Positions 30,175-39,814 of a stretch of 64,000 bases of DNA are shown here, piece after piece. The stretch lies in IMG/VR virus record IMGVR_UViG_3300023179_000069, positions 18,472 to 82,471 of that record; one strand, given 5' to 3'. Numbering within the stretch: the first letter of the stretch is position 1; the number at the start of each line of letters is the position of its first letter. This DNA comes from a virus. A program made the position numbers and the translations under genes. Under the pieces are notes generated by a model. It was not told where the DNA came from. It ran no database searches and saw nothing but the letters and a program-made list of their open reading frames with translations.

Positions 30175-30772
30175 ACCAAAATTTTCTATTATTGCTGTAG
30201 ATTATGAATTTCATGTTCCCCGCGATGGAATGCGCCGGGGTTTAGAGTCATTAGCCAATCAAACATTTAAAGATTTTGAGTTAATTATTTGTCACGATGG
30301 TCCAAAGTCAATTCCTTATGAAGAAGAAGTAGATTTTAAATCATTGGGCTTGAACCCAATTATTATTAATACTGATGAATGGAAAGGCGATTGGGGCCAC
30401 TGGTCAAGAGATAAAGCTATGCGTATGGCAAATGGTCAATATTTTTTTCAATTTAATATTGATAATTTACTTTATGATAATTGTCTTGAAGAATTATCTA
30501 ATCATATAGATAAGACATCGGCAATTGTAACTGTTTTTCATATCAAGCATTTTAAAGTTCCTTGGTTCCCTTGGGCAACAGAAAGATTTACAGGAACTCC
30601 ACCAATTGCAAGACACATTGATGCAATGCAGCTTGTAGCGCATAGACGGGTCTGGGAAGAAATGGGATATTGGTACGATAAATCTTTTTGTGGAGATGGC
30701 TTTATATATGAAGAAATATGTAAAAAATACCCTTGGACAGAGTTACCAATAATTCTAGGAGAAAATTATTAA
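30167..30772 (+). CDS. GT2 glycosyltransferase
   Basis: PKFSII..QTFKDFELIICHDG..NIDN. Confidence 0.85.
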   Translation: MHRPKFSIIAVDYEFHVPRDGMRRGLESLANQTFKDFELIICHDGPKSIPYEEEVDFKSLGLNPIIINTDEWKGDWGHWSRDKAMRMANGQYFFQFNIDNLLYDNCLEELSNHIDKTSAIVTVFHIKHFKVPWFPWATERFTGTPPIARHIDAMQLVAHRRVWEEMGYWYDKSFCGDGFIYEEICKKYPWTELPIILGENY

Positions 30773-30804
30773 TATGATATTATTAGGTGTTGATCGGAGA
30801 TAAA

Positions 30805-31815
30805 ATGAAAAGAGTATTGCTGACAGGTGCCAGTGGATTTGTGGGAAGCCATGTATTGCGTCACCTTATTGTAAACACAGATTGGTTTATTGTTTGTCCC
30901 ACCACATTTACTCATAAGGGATTACAAGATAGAATTCGTGTAGCCCTTGATGATATTCCAAATGCTTACAAGCGTGTCAAAGTAATTCGTTGCGATTTCA
31001 CATCACCAATTTCACCTATTACTGCACATGAGTTTGGCAAAATTGATTATGTAATTAATGTTGCAAGTGAGTCACATGTTGATCGAAGCATTGAATATCC
31101 AGCTTCTTTTATTATTAATAATGTTTCTCTTATTTGTCATTTATTGGATTGGGCTAAAATTGCTCAACCAGAAAAGTTTTTGCAGGTATCAACTGATGAA
31201 GTTTATGGTCCTGCCCCAGCTGGGTATGCACATCAAGAATGGGTAGATCAGCATTTCCCAAGCAATCCATATTCTGCTAGTAAAGCAGCACAAGAAGATA
31301 TTTGTTTTTCCTATTGGCGTACATATGGAATTCCTATGGCTATTACTAATACTATGAATATTATTGGTGAGACACAAGATCCAGAAAAATTTATGCCAAT
31401 GGTTATTAAGCGTGTTTTGAATGGTGAAAAGATGAGCATTCACTCATCCCCCACAGGACAGATTGGAAGCCGTTTTTATTTACATGCCCGTAACCAAGCA
31501 GACGGATTATTGCATGTTTTAAATCAACCATTTAGACCTTATGGTGAGGTTGATACTCCAGAGCGTTTTCATATTGTCGGAGAGCGTGAAGTTGATAATC
31601 TTGAAATGGCACAATTAATTGCTTCAGCAGTTGGTAAGCCATTGAATTATGAACTTGTTGATTTTCATTCTTCTCGTCCCGGTCATGATTTGCGTTACGC
31701 TCTTGATGGAAAAAAGATGGCTGATTCTGGCTGGAGTCTTCCAATACCTTTAGAAGAATCTATTAATAGAACAGTTAAGTGGACACTTGACCATCAAGAG
31801 TGGCTAAACATCTAA
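30805..31815 (+). CDS. rmlB: dTDP-glucose 4,6-dehydratase-like protein
   Basis: TGASGFVG, ESHVDRSI, STDEVYG, YSASK, RPGHDLRY. Confidence 0.9.
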   Translation: MKRVLLTGASGFVGSHVLRHLIVNTDWFIVCPTTFTHKGLQDRIRVALDDIPNAYKRVKVIRCDFTSPISPITAHEFGKIDYVINVASESHVDRSIEYPASFIINNVSLICHLLDWAKIAQPEKFLQVSTDEVYGPAPAGYAHQEWVDQHFPSNPYSASKAAQEDICFSYWRTYGIPMAITNTMNIIGETQDPEKFMPMVIKRVLNGEKMSIHSSPTGQIGSRFYLHARNQADGLLHVLNQPFRPYGEVDTPERFHIVGEREVDNLEMAQLIASAVGKPLNYELVDFHSSRPGHDLRYALDGKKMADSGWSLPIPLEESINRTVKWTLDHQEWLNI

Positions 31816-31823
31816 GGAGAAAA

Positions 31824-32870
31824 ATGCAGCTTTATAAAATTCAGACACAAATTTGTTTTGATGATATCTTACTTGTTCCACAAGCATCAGAAGTGATATC
31901 TAGAAAAGATATCCATCTCGGCACACAAATTGGTTATGGCAAATATGAAATTGATTTACCTTTTCCAATAATTGCCTCGCCAATGGATACTGTTTGTGAA
32001 GCAGAGATGGCAATAGAAATTGGTAAATTCGGCGGACTTGGAATTATTCATAGATATATGGATATTGAAAAACAAAAATCAGAAGTGTATAAAGTTGCCA
32101 GTCAAGGTTTACTTGTCGGAGCAGCGGTATCCATAAAGGACGCAGAAGGAAAACAAGAAAACATAGAGAAACTAATTAATTCAGGAGCATCTATGATTCT
32201 TCTTGATGTTGCAAATGGTCATAGTGTGTATGCCATAGATGCTGTAAGAAAAATAAAACAAAAATTCAAGGTACATGTCATGGCTGGGAATGTTTCAACA
32301 TGGGATGGATTTTTGGGTTTATCTATGGCAGGCGCAGACTCTATCCGTGTTGGAATCGGTGGTGGTTCATGTTGTACTACAAGAATAGTAACTGGTCATG
32401 GAATGCCAACACTTTCATCTATTTTAGATGTAAGGGAAATGCTTGAGCGTATGGATTTGCCAACATCAATTATTGCTGATGGTGGAATTAGAAACACTGG
32501 CGACATGATAAAATCTTTTGCAGCAGGATCAGATGCAGTAATGCTAGGCTCAATGCTTGCAGGTCATGAAGAATCTCCGGGACAAAAGGAATATACTGAA
32601 AGTGGAACATTCAAAGTATTTCGTGGTATGGCTAGTGAAGATGCTCAAATTGATTGGCGTGGAGAAGTTTCTGTTGCAGAGGGAATTTCAACAAAAATTA
32701 ATTATAAGGGTAGCGTTATTGATACATTTAAAGAAATCAAGGGCGGTCTATCCAGTGGTTGTTCCTATTCTGGCGTAACTAGTCTTCACGATTTGATGTA
32801 TAATTCACAATATATTTTAATTTCACAAAATACAATAAAGGAGAGTTTGCCTCATGGGAAAAATGCCTAA
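31824..32870 (+). CDS. guaB: IMP dehydrogenase / GMP reductase family, no CBS domain
   Basis: ASPMDTV, GIGGGSCCTTR, IADGG, FRGMAS. Confidence 0.9.
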   Translation: MQLYKIQTQICFDDILLVPQASEVISRKDIHLGTQIGYGKYEIDLPFPIIASPMDTVCEAEMAIEIGKFGGLGIIHRYMDIEKQKSEVYKVASQGLLVGAAVSIKDAEGKQENIEKLINSGASMILLDVANGHSVYAIDAVRKIKQKFKVHVMAGNVSTWDGFLGLSMAGADSIRVGIGGGSCCTTRIVTGHGMPTLSSILDVREMLERMDLPTSIIADGGIRNTGDMIKSFAAGSDAVMLGSMLAGHEESPGQKEYTESGTFKVFRGMASEDAQIDWRGEVSVAEGISTKINYKGSVIDTFKEIKGGLSSGCSYSGVTSLHDLMYNSQYILISQNTIKESLPHGKNA

Positions 32871-33243
32871 TATAAATATTGAAAGTCATATGATGAATAT
32901 TAATAGAAATATGCCAGTTGCTCCATCAGGAGAAGCTATTTTTGAAAGATGTATGCGTCTAGCTGATAATCTTATTGCTAAGAATGTTTCGTATGGAGAT
33001 TCAGCATTAAATCCCCGACCCATTTTTTCTAAGGGCGGGCAAAATGAAAGTCTTGCATCACGCATTGATGATAAACTAAATCGTATTGCAAATAATCAAT
33101 CATATCCCGGAGATAATGACCTTGACGATTTACTAGGATATCTGGTATTATATAGTATATATAGAGAACGAGAAGATGAAAATGGATACACAGAGCTTGG
33201 CAAGGAGAGAAGAGCATGCCCACCTACACATTTAATTGTATAA
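32854..33243 (+). CDS. Nucleotide-modification-associated domain (DUF1599-like)
   Basis: KNVSYGDS..RIDDKLNR..DLLGY. Confidence 0.7.
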   Translation: MGKMPNINIESHMMNINRNMPVAPSGEAIFERCMRLADNLIAKNVSYGDSALNPRPIFSKGGQNESLASRIDDKLNRIANNQSYPGDNDLDDLLGYLVLYSIYREREDENGYTELGKERRACPPTHLIV

Positions 33244-33383
33244 ACTGTGATATAACTTTTGAAAAAGTTGTAAAGATGGACGATAGAGACAGCCAAGTTT
33301 GTGAAAAATGCGGTGAAATTCTTACAAGGTCTATTGATCGCCCCGGACTCGTATGGGCTCCTACGGCTGGAGGATATAGGTGA
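33216..33383 (+). CDS. FmdB-family zinc ribbon, not in ORF track
   Basis: MPTYTFNCINC..CEKCG; RBS AAGGAG. Confidence 0.75.
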   Translation: MPTYTFNCINCDITFEKVVKMDDRDSQVCEKCGEILTRSIDRPGLVWAPTAGGYR

Positions 33384-33387
33384 TTTT

Positions 33388-33684
33388 ATGTCTAAAAAAA
33401 AGGCAAAAAAGACAGAACTTAAGCCTTACTGGAACAATCCAAATATTTCCGTTTTTTATGAATTAGAATTTGGCAAAGAAATCATTGTTCCGGGAACAAA
33501 TATAAAAATAAAAAATGCTCGTGGTTCATTTAAATTTATTAAAATGGTTCATAATTCTAATAAAGATGTTACTTGGATTGATTGTGTGGATAATTCAACT
33601 GGTGAATTTAAATCTTTTTATATTGATAGATTAAAAAGTATTATAAAAAATAAAAGAAGTAGGGATAAAGTTGTCGGAACTTGA
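33388..33684 (+). CDS. Hypothetical protein
   Basis: ATG after AGGTGA; basic 98 aa. Confidence 0.6.
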   Translation: MSKKKAKKTELKPYWNNPNISVFYELEFGKEIIVPGTNIKIKNARGSFKFIKMVHNSNKDVTWIDCVDNSTGEFKSFYIDRLKSIIKNKRSRDKVVGT

Positions 33685-34192
33685 AATTATTGATAATTTT
33701 GAAAGAATGAATAAGGTTGTTTCTGAAATGTTAAAAGGAAACAATCCATCAATTATTGCAAAAAATCTTGATATGCCACGCGCACAAGTTTTAACATTAA
33801 TTGATGAATGGAAAAATATTGTACATTCTGACAATAGAATTCAAGATAGAGCAAGGGAAGCGTTAAGCGCAGCAGATCAACATTATGCCATGATTATTAA
33901 TGAAGCGTGGGATACAGTAGAAGAAGCAGGAGCCAATTCACAATTAAACATTAAAGCACAAGCACTTAAACTTATTGCTGATGTAGAAGGCAAAAGAATT
34001 GATATGCTTCAAAAAGCTGGTTTGCTAGAGAATGCCGACATTGGAAATCAAATTATTGAAACTGAAAGAAAACAAAAAATTCTTATTGATATTCTAAAAG
34101 ATATATCTTCTCGTTGCGAATCATGTAAAATTGAAGTAACTAAAAGAATCTCTGAAGTGACGGGAAAAGTAGAGGCAATTAAAATTGATTGA
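33671..34192 (+). CDS. Probable terminase small subunit
   Basis: N-terminal HTH, helical, coupled to large subunit. Confidence 0.65.
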   Translation: MSELEIIDNFERMNKVVSEMLKGNNPSIIAKNLDMPRAQVLTLIDEWKNIVHSDNRIQDRAREALSAADQHYAMIINEAWDTVEEAGANSQLNIKAQALKLIADVEGKRIDMLQKAGLLENADIGNQIIETERKQKILIDILKDISSRCESCKIEVTKRISEVTGKVEAIKID

Positions 34193-36020
34193 TTTAAATG
34201 AGTTTTTAGATGTTTTGGATGAAGACGAATTTGAAGAAAAGCCAGTTTCTATTGAAGAATTTGTTACATCTAAAAACTTTTTAAATCTTCCGCCATTGTC
34301 AAAATATCAATATATAATGCTTAGCGCAATGACACAAATTTACAAGCGTGAAACATTAGAAAAATTATATGGAAAAGAGGAAGGGTTAAAAAGATATAAG
34401 CAAACTTGTAATGAAGTTATTTTTCAATTAGGCAAAGGTTCTGGAAAAGACTACACATCAACCATTGCTTGTGCCTATGTTGTTTATTTGTTGTTATGTT
34501 TAAAAGATCCAGCCAGATATTATGGAAAACCCTCAGGCGATGCTATTGACATTATTAACATTGCTATTAACGCTGAGCAGGCTAAGCAAGTATTCTTCAA
34601 AGGTTTTTTAGCTCGTATTAAAAAAAGCCCTTGGTTTTCTGGAAAATTTGATGATAAGGTGGCTAAGGTAGAGTTTGATAAGGAAATCACTGTACATTCA
34701 GGTCACTCTCAAAGAGAATCTTGGGAGGGATACAATGTTATTGTTGTTGTACTTGACGAGATTTCAGGCTTTGAATTAGATTCAACTTCAGGAAATGAAC
34801 AGGCAAAAACAGCAGATGCAATTTATAAAATGTATAGGGCTTCCGTTGCATCTCGTTTCCCAGATTTTGGTAAACTAATTCTTCTATCATTTCCTAGATT
34901 TAAAAATGATTATATTCAGCAAAAATACAATGAAGCAGTTGCTGAAAAAGAAACTGTAATTAGAACACATACATTTAAAATTGATCCAGATTTACCGGAT
35001 GAACTTGAAGAAAATAAATTTACTATTGAATGGGAAGAAGATCACATTGTTTCTTATTCTGTTCCAAAAGTATTTGCACTAAAAAGACCCACTTGGGAAA
35101 TTAATCCAACAAGAAAAATTGAAGATTTTACAATTGATTTTTACAAAGACCCAATAGATTCATTATCAAGATTTGCTTGTATGCCACCGGACGCTGTAGA
35201 TGCATTCTTTAAGTCCAGAGAAAAAATTGAAAGAGCTTTTGTTACCAGAAATGGTGTTGATGAATATGGAAGGTTCGCTGACGGATTTCAGCCAGAAGAA
35301 GGCAAAACATATTTCGTACATGTGGACTTGGCGCAAAAGCATGACCATTGTGCAGTAGCAATTGCTCATGTTGATAAATGGACTATCTTAAAAGTTGGCG
35401 GACAGATGAGAGATGCTGCCCCTGAAGTTGTTGTAGATGCAGTAAGATGGTGGACTCCAACATCCGATAAAAGCGTAAACTTTCAAGATGTTAAAGATTA
35501 TATTCTTAGTCTTAGGTCTCGTGGATTTAATATTAAAACTGTTACATTTGATCGCTGGAATTCACATGACCTTATGGCACAACTTAATGCTTATGGAATG
35601 AATGCTGAAATTTTATCGGTTGCCAAAAAACATTATGATGACATGGCACTTGTTGTAACAGAAGAAAGATTAAAGGGTCCAAATATTAAATTGCTTATTG
35701 ATGAACTTTTACAATTAAGAATTATTAAAGATAAGGTTGACCACCCAAGAAAGGGTTCAAAAGACTTGTCTGATGCGGTTTGTGGAGCAATATATAATGC
35801 TGTAAGTTTAACCCCTAGAGGTGAATCAGAAATTACAATTAAAGATTATTATAATTTTGCAGATATTGATGAAGATGATGACGCAAAGATGAGACAACAT
35901 TTAAGCATTACAAGAATTCCAACTGATAAAGTTATGCCGGATAACATTAGAGACTATTTAAGTTCTGAAATTACTAGATCAGAAGAGCAAAGGTTTCTTG
36001 ACAATTTCCAAATTATATAG
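34185..36020 (+). CDS. Terminase large subunit
   Basis: GKGSGKD, VVLDE, nuclease HVDLA..D..DHP..KDLSD. Confidence 0.92.
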   Translation: MIDLNEFLDVLDEDEFEEKPVSIEEFVTSKNFLNLPPLSKYQYIMLSAMTQIYKRETLEKLYGKEEGLKRYKQTCNEVIFQLGKGSGKDYTSTIACAYVVYLLLCLKDPARYYGKPSGDAIDIINIAINAEQAKQVFFKGFLARIKKSPWFSGKFDDKVAKVEFDKEITVHSGHSQRESWEGYNVIVVVLDEISGFELDSTSGNEQAKTADAIYKMYRASVASRFPDFGKLILLSFPRFKNDYIQQKYNEAVAEKETVIRTHTFKIDPDLPDELEENKFTIEWEEDHIVSYSVPKVFALKRPTWEINPTRKIEDFTIDFYKDPIDSLSRFACMPPDAVDAFFKSREKIERAFVTRNGVDEYGRFADGFQPEEGKTYFVHVDLAQKHDHCAVAIAHVDKWTILKVGGQMRDAAPEVVVDAVRWWTPTSDKSVNFQDVKDYILSLRSRGFNIKTVTFDRWNSHDLMAQLNAYGMNAEILSVAKKHYDDMALVVTEERLKGPNIKLLIDELLQLRIIKDKVDHPRKGSKDLSDAVCGAIYNAVSLTPRGESEITIKDYYNFADIDEDDDAKMRQHLSITRIPTDKVMPDNIRDYLSSEITRSEEQRFLDNFQII

Positions 36021-36027
36021 GTATAAT
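35998..36027 (+). promoter_or_regulatory. Promoter TTGACA-N18-TATAAT for tRNA-Ile
   Basis: Perfect hexamers 9 nt before the tRNA. Confidence 0.8.
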
Positions 36028-36036
36028 AAGTTTTAC

Positions 36037-36111
36037 CGGGCGTGGGTGAGCTGGTTGACCACCGCAGGCTTATATCCTGCTATTTGATGGGTTCGATTCC
36101 CATACGCCCGA
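36037..36111 (+). tRNA. tRNA-Ile(UAU)
   Basis: Acceptor CGGGCGT/ACGCCCG; GCAGG-CTTATAT-CCTGC; T arm ATGGG-TTCGATT-CCCAT; no CCA. Confidence 0.85.
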
Positions 36112-36113
36112 CT

Positions 36114-36228
36114 GAGTGGTAGGTAGCGCATCTTAGGATGGATTAGTTACCCAAGCCGGATGAGTCCAAGTGTGAGATAGTTCTCCGACCCATTTGATGC
36201 AGGACTCGGCAAGTTCTACCTACCACTC
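36114..36228 (+). ncRNA. Unassigned structured RNA
   Basis: Perfect 13-bp closing stem plus internal stems CATC/GATG, GAGTCC/GGACTC, GAGA/TCTC. Confidence 0.65.
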
Positions 36229-36258
36229 TCAAGTATGGTAAAATATGAATGAGGACAT

Positions 36259-36756
36259 ATGCGAACTATAACGAAACAGCAAATAGTAGAAACATTAAAG
36301 AGTCGTGATGGTGACTCTTGTTTTATTTGCAAGGAAGAGTTCGTTGATGAATCACCTACTTTAGACCATTGGATTCCATTAGCTCATGGCGGTAGGGATG
36401 AAATAGAAAATCTTAGGCTTGCACATAGAAAATGCAATACGGAAAAAGCAGATAGAATTCCTAATGAAGATGGTACTATTCCTGAGCGGGGAATAAATAG
36501 TTTTGATAGACATAGAATGAAAAGAATGAATAAAAAAAAACTAAAAGAAAAAATATGTCGCGTATGCGAAGATGGAAGACTTTTAGCAAAAGATAATTTA
36601 TGTCGTGTTTGTGGAGCAAGGCCCGGACCAGAACATGCACCACATTACTTAAAAAGACCGTCTAATATTTGTGACCACAATTTAAATTGGTGCTGGGCTT
36701 GCTCAATTGGAATTGTTGATAGAAAATCAGCGTTAGCAAATTTAATGACAGGATGA
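36259..36756 (+). CDS. HNH endonuclease with C-terminal Cys-rich domain
   Basis: RDG..CFIC..LDHWIP..GG..N..HRKCN..K. Confidence 0.9.
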   Translation: MRTITKQQIVETLKSRDGDSCFICKEEFVDESPTLDHWIPLAHGGRDEIENLRLAHRKCNTEKADRIPNEDGTIPERGINSFDRHRMKRMNKKKLKEKICRVCEDGRLLAKDNLCRVCGARPGPEHAPHYLKRPSNICDHNLNWCWACSIGIVDRKSALANLMTG

Positions 36757-36768
36757 TATAATAATAAG

Positions 36769-37293
36769 ATGCCATACGAAATTAAGCATGATATTGAGGG
36801 ATGCAGTGGTTATGCCGTAGTTCTTAAAACTACAGGCAAAATTGTTGGTTGTCACAAAACCAAAGATGATGCGACTAAACATCTTATTGCTCTCAAAATA
36901 AATGTAGAAGAAGCAGAAAAAGTAGAAAAAATGCAATTTGGTCATGGGGCAAAAGTACCTTTTAAAATTGAATATAATGTTCCAGATTGTCAGGGTGGAT
37001 GGGGCGTACTTAAAGAAAATAATGGTCAGGTTGTCGGATGCTATACAAGTGAAGAGGAAGCTAAAAAAGCAATTGAAGCACTTGTTGTTCAAGTAGAAGG
37101 ATATGAAGAAAAAGGGCAGGAAGAAAAAGGCATAGAACCACTATCATTTTGGAATGGTTCATTTGCTCCAGTACTTGGCTCAAAAGATCAAGATTCTAGA
37201 TATGTATCAACTTATAATAGTCCACCGCAAAAAGATGGTAAGCCATCTACCGGATATGGAAATAAATCTGGAAAAGGTTTTAATAACCAATAA
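36769..37293 (+). CDS. Hypothetical protein with duplicated domain and SFWNGSF motif
   Basis: Two PYxI..C.G..V..G..VGC..A repeats; leaderless start. Confidence 0.7.
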   Translation: MPYEIKHDIEGCSGYAVVLKTTGKIVGCHKTKDDATKHLIALKINVEEAEKVEKMQFGHGAKVPFKIEYNVPDCQGGWGVLKENNGQVVGCYTSEEEAKKAIEALVVQVEGYEEKGQEEKGIEPLSFWNGSFAPVLGSKDQDSRYVSTYNSPPQKDGKPSTGYGNKSGKGFNNQ

Positions 37294-37343
37294 TTTGGTA
37301 TAATTAATAAGCTCAACAGAGCAAACTAAGGAGAAACAAAAAA

Positions 37344-38060
37344 ATGACAGATAAATCAATTAATGGCTGGGAAGTTATTACTTCACGCTCAGACAAGCGT
37401 TTAAAGATGAAGATTGTTCCCGGTTCGAATGTAAAGCTAACAATGAGGGCAGAGATTCTTCCCCTATTCCTAGCTCTTGCAGCAGATTTCCACAAGGAGG
37501 TAGCACCACTACGCAATGGAGAATGTGGTGCTTATGCATTCCGTAAGGCCCGTCAGGGTGGTGGAGCCTATTCAGACCACAGTTCTGGAACAGCAGTTGA
37601 CCTTAACTGGGGACACGAAGGAGCAATGGGTCCAAATGGTGGAATGAAGTTTATGAATGACGCACAGATTAAGGCTTGTGCTGAAATTCGTAATCGCTAC
37701 AAGGTTGTTATCTGGGGTGGAGACAAGGCCAAGGGTGGGGACTACAAGAGTCCAGCATCTTGGGACCCAATGCATTATGCCCTTAAGCCCGGTGTAACAG
37801 TTGCAGATGTTCAGAAGGTTCTTGCAGAACTAGGAATTGACGCAAATGGCGTTCGTAAGGGTGCAGGCACAAAGAAGCCCGGTCTTGTAACAAAGATTAC
37901 TGCTCCAAAACCAGCACCAGTTGTTAAGCCAGCATATGTAGCGCCTGCAGAAAAGCCAAAGGCAGCAGCTAAGCCTGCTACCGAAAAGCCTGCTGCAGCA
38001 AAGCCCGCAGCAAAGACAGTTGCTAAGCCTGCTGCAAAGCCAAACAAGCCTACTAAGTAG
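37344..38060 (+). CDS. Endolysin, M15-like zinc peptidase, with Lys/Ala/Pro tail
   Basis: SINGW, SDHSSGTAVDLN, WGGD, DPMH. Confidence 0.85.
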   Translation: MTDKSINGWEVITSRSDKRLKMKIVPGSNVKLTMRAEILPLFLALAADFHKEVAPLRNGECGAYAFRKARQGGGAYSDHSSGTAVDLNWGHEGAMGPNGGMKFMNDAQIKACAEIRNRYKVVIWGGDKAKGGDYKSPASWDPMHYALKPGVTVADVQKVLAELGIDANGVRKGAGTKKPGLVTKITAPKPAPVVKPAYVAPAEKPKAAAKPATEKPAAAKPAAKTVAKPAAKPNKPTK

Positions 38061-38067
38061 GCTTGTT
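38043..38067 (+). terminator. Hairpin over lysin stop (terminator or processing stem)
   Basis: AACAAGCCTAC-TAA-GTAGGCTTGTT. Confidence 0.55.
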
Positions 38068-38069
38068 CC

Positions 38070-38140
38070 GCGACTGTTGCATAATGGTAGTGCCTCTGCC
38101 TTCCAAGCAGATAGTGCCAGTTCGATTCTGGTCAGTCGCT
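38070..38140 (+). tRNA. tRNA-Gly(UCC)
   Basis: GCGACTG/CAGTCGC; TCTGC-CTTCCAA-GCAGA; TTCGATT. Confidence 0.93.
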
Positions 38141-38165
38141 CAAATTTAATTGTTAGGAGGTTAAT

Positions 38166-38522
38166 ATGCCAGAAACATATACACCAACGGATGCTATGGC
38201 TTCTGCTGCCAAAAGAGCTCTCAAATGGAAAGAAGAGGGAAAGGCAACAGGGGCAGGAACAGCCGTAGGATGGACTAGGGCAAACCAGCTTGCTAAAAAG
38301 CAACCACTTTCTCTAGATACAGTTAAAAGAATGTATTCTTTCTTTTCTCGTCATGAAGTAGACAAGAAGGGCAAAGGATTCAATTCCGGAGAAGAAGGTT
38401 TTCCATCAAATGGAAGAATCATGTGGGAAGCTTGGGGTGGAGACGCAGGATATTCTTGGTCAAAGTCCATAGTTAACAGAATGCAAAAAAATTGGGAAGG
38501 CTCGGCATTTTCCTTTAAATAA
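38166..38522 (+). CDS. Probable head-associated protein
   Basis: GTxVGxxRAxQL..TVKRMYSFFSRH..WGGDAG domain that I recall in phage head genes. Confidence 0.6.
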   Translation: MPETYTPTDAMASAAKRALKWKEEGKATGAGTAVGWTRANQLAKKQPLSLDTVKRMYSFFSRHEVDKKGKGFNSGEEGFPSNGRIMWEAWGGDAGYSWSKSIVNRMQKNWEGSAFSFK

Positions 38523-38555
38523 GTAATATTTCCGTGATATAATTAAATTACGGAG

Positions 38556-39185
38556 ATGAAAGGTTTGAAAAAACTATTAAAAACAACACAAATAGCATTG
38601 TTTATATCAATGTTATCTGTGTTGTTTTTTTCTTCTAAGTCGCAAGCAGTTTATTATAAATGTTTCAAAGAAAATATTCAATTAGGAAATGAATTACTTA
38701 CATGGAATCGTTGTAAAACTATTGAGGATTCTGCAACGCCAACTATTTCTGACAGCCCCATTGATCCTGAGCCAGAATATACTGAGTATACGCTCTCTCC
38801 CGATCCTTCTCCCAGCCAGTCTTTTCTTTCTCCTGAACCTTCTGTCTTACCAAGTGTGACATCGCTGCCAACATTAACTGTTCCATCGGAACCCCCTTCT
38901 TCAATTCCCATTGTAACACAAGATGTGAATTTAGTCACATTGGAAAATGGTGTGGAATTAAATAAAAAAGATGCAGAAAATGTTGAAATTTTACAATCTC
39001 CTGAACAATTAGCAGCATTAATTGTTATTAATCCCATCAAAGCATTAAAAGTTTTAAGTTCCGTTGGAAAAGATTTGCCTCCTAAAAAAAGAAAACAAAC
39101 ACAACAAGTTGTATTTCCAACAATTATAGTTTCATCAGTAATTGGTAATACAACAAGTATGCTAATAAAGAGGAGAGTAAAATGA
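38556..39185 (+). CDS. Secreted Pro/Ser/Thr-rich membrane-anchored protein
   Basis: Signal peptide, PST linker, C-terminal TM helix. Confidence 0.7.
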   Translation: MKGLKKLLKTTQIALFISMLSVLFFSSKSQAVYYKCFKENIQLGNELLTWNRCKTIEDSATPTISDSPIDPEPEYTEYTLSPDPSPSQSFLSPEPSVLPSVTSLPTLTVPSEPPSSIPIVTQDVNLVTLENGVELNKKDAENVEILQSPEQLAALIVINPIKALKVLSSVGKDLPPKKRKQTQQVVFPTIIVSSVIGNTTSMLIKRRVK

Positions 39186-39382
39186 AAAAAATCTGGTCTT
39201 GGATAAAAGATATTTTTGTTGAAACTCTTAATCAAACATTTACACTATTAGGTTTCTTTACAGCATGGGTATTGCTTGAAGGAAGTGCCAGAACCGTTAT
39301 AGGCTATTCAATATTAATAGCTCTAACAATCTGGCTATTAAGTCTTAGAGTAAGGGAGGGTGATGACGATGGAAAGAATTAA
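39182..39382 (+). CDS. Small two-TM membrane protein
   Basis: Hydrophobic; RBS AGGAG. Confidence 0.7.
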   Translation: MKKIWSWIKDIFVETLNQTFTLLGFFTAWVLLEGSARTVIGYSILIALTIWLLSLRVREGDDDGKN

Positions 39383-39605
39383 AAAATTTTTGTTAAGAAT
39401 TCTTGCCACATTTGTTGCTACTGCTTTAAGCATTGTAGGAGCAGGAGCAATTGCTGGCATTGAAGTGGTAAAATCAGCAATAATTGCAGGAATTGCTGGA
39501 GTTGCAACTGTTATTGAAGATTTAGCAAGAAATTATATGAAAAAGGGAGAATTGACAGATGAAGATATTGATGATGCTTTCAATTCAGTAGACGAAGAAG
39601 TATAA
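39360..39605 (+). CDS. Small membrane protein, holin-like
   Basis: Gly/Ala-rich TM helices, acidic tail. Confidence 0.6.
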   Translation: MMTMERIKKFLLRILATFVATALSIVGAGAIAGIEVVKSAIIAGIAGVATVIEDLARNYMKKGELTDEDIDDAFNSVDEEV

Positions 39606-39622
39606 TAATGTATAATATATAT

Positions 39623-39650
39623 AAAGCAAGGGGCTTTTGCCCCTTGTTTT
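39623..39650 (+). terminator. Intrinsic terminator
   Basis: CAAGGGGC-TTTT-GCCCCTTG then TTTT. Confidence 0.8.
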
Positions 39651-39667
39651 ATATTAAAGGAGAAAAT

Positions 39668-39799
39668 ATGGGAAAGCATCATGATAAAGTTTTAGCAGCA
39701 TTAGAAATTAGAAAAAAGAATGCTCCGGACAAGCCCGGATTTAATAAGCCGGGTAGCATGAATAAGCGCAAGACTGGTTATGTAAAGCGTAGGAAGTAA
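39668..39799 (+). CDS. 43-aa basic protein
   Basis: RBS AAGGAG; KPGS motif. Confidence 0.6.
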   Translation: MGKHHDKVLAALEIRKKNAPDKPGFNKPGSMNKRKTGYVKRRK

Positions 39800-39814
39800 G
39801 GTATAATATAAATT

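Noticed and set aside
21912-36020. Inteins or introns in DnaE, RecA or terminase
   Set aside because: Lengths are ordinary and no splice or homing motifs were seen.
36155-36215. Hammerhead ribozyme (CGGATGA-GTCC..GGAC)
   Set aside because: Core is not CUGANGA and the required GAAA after stem II is absent.
37830-39235. Long minus-strand ORFs (37830-38303, 38678-39235) and similar ones elsewhere
   Set aside because: Antisense shadows of well-supported plus-strand genes and a tRNA.
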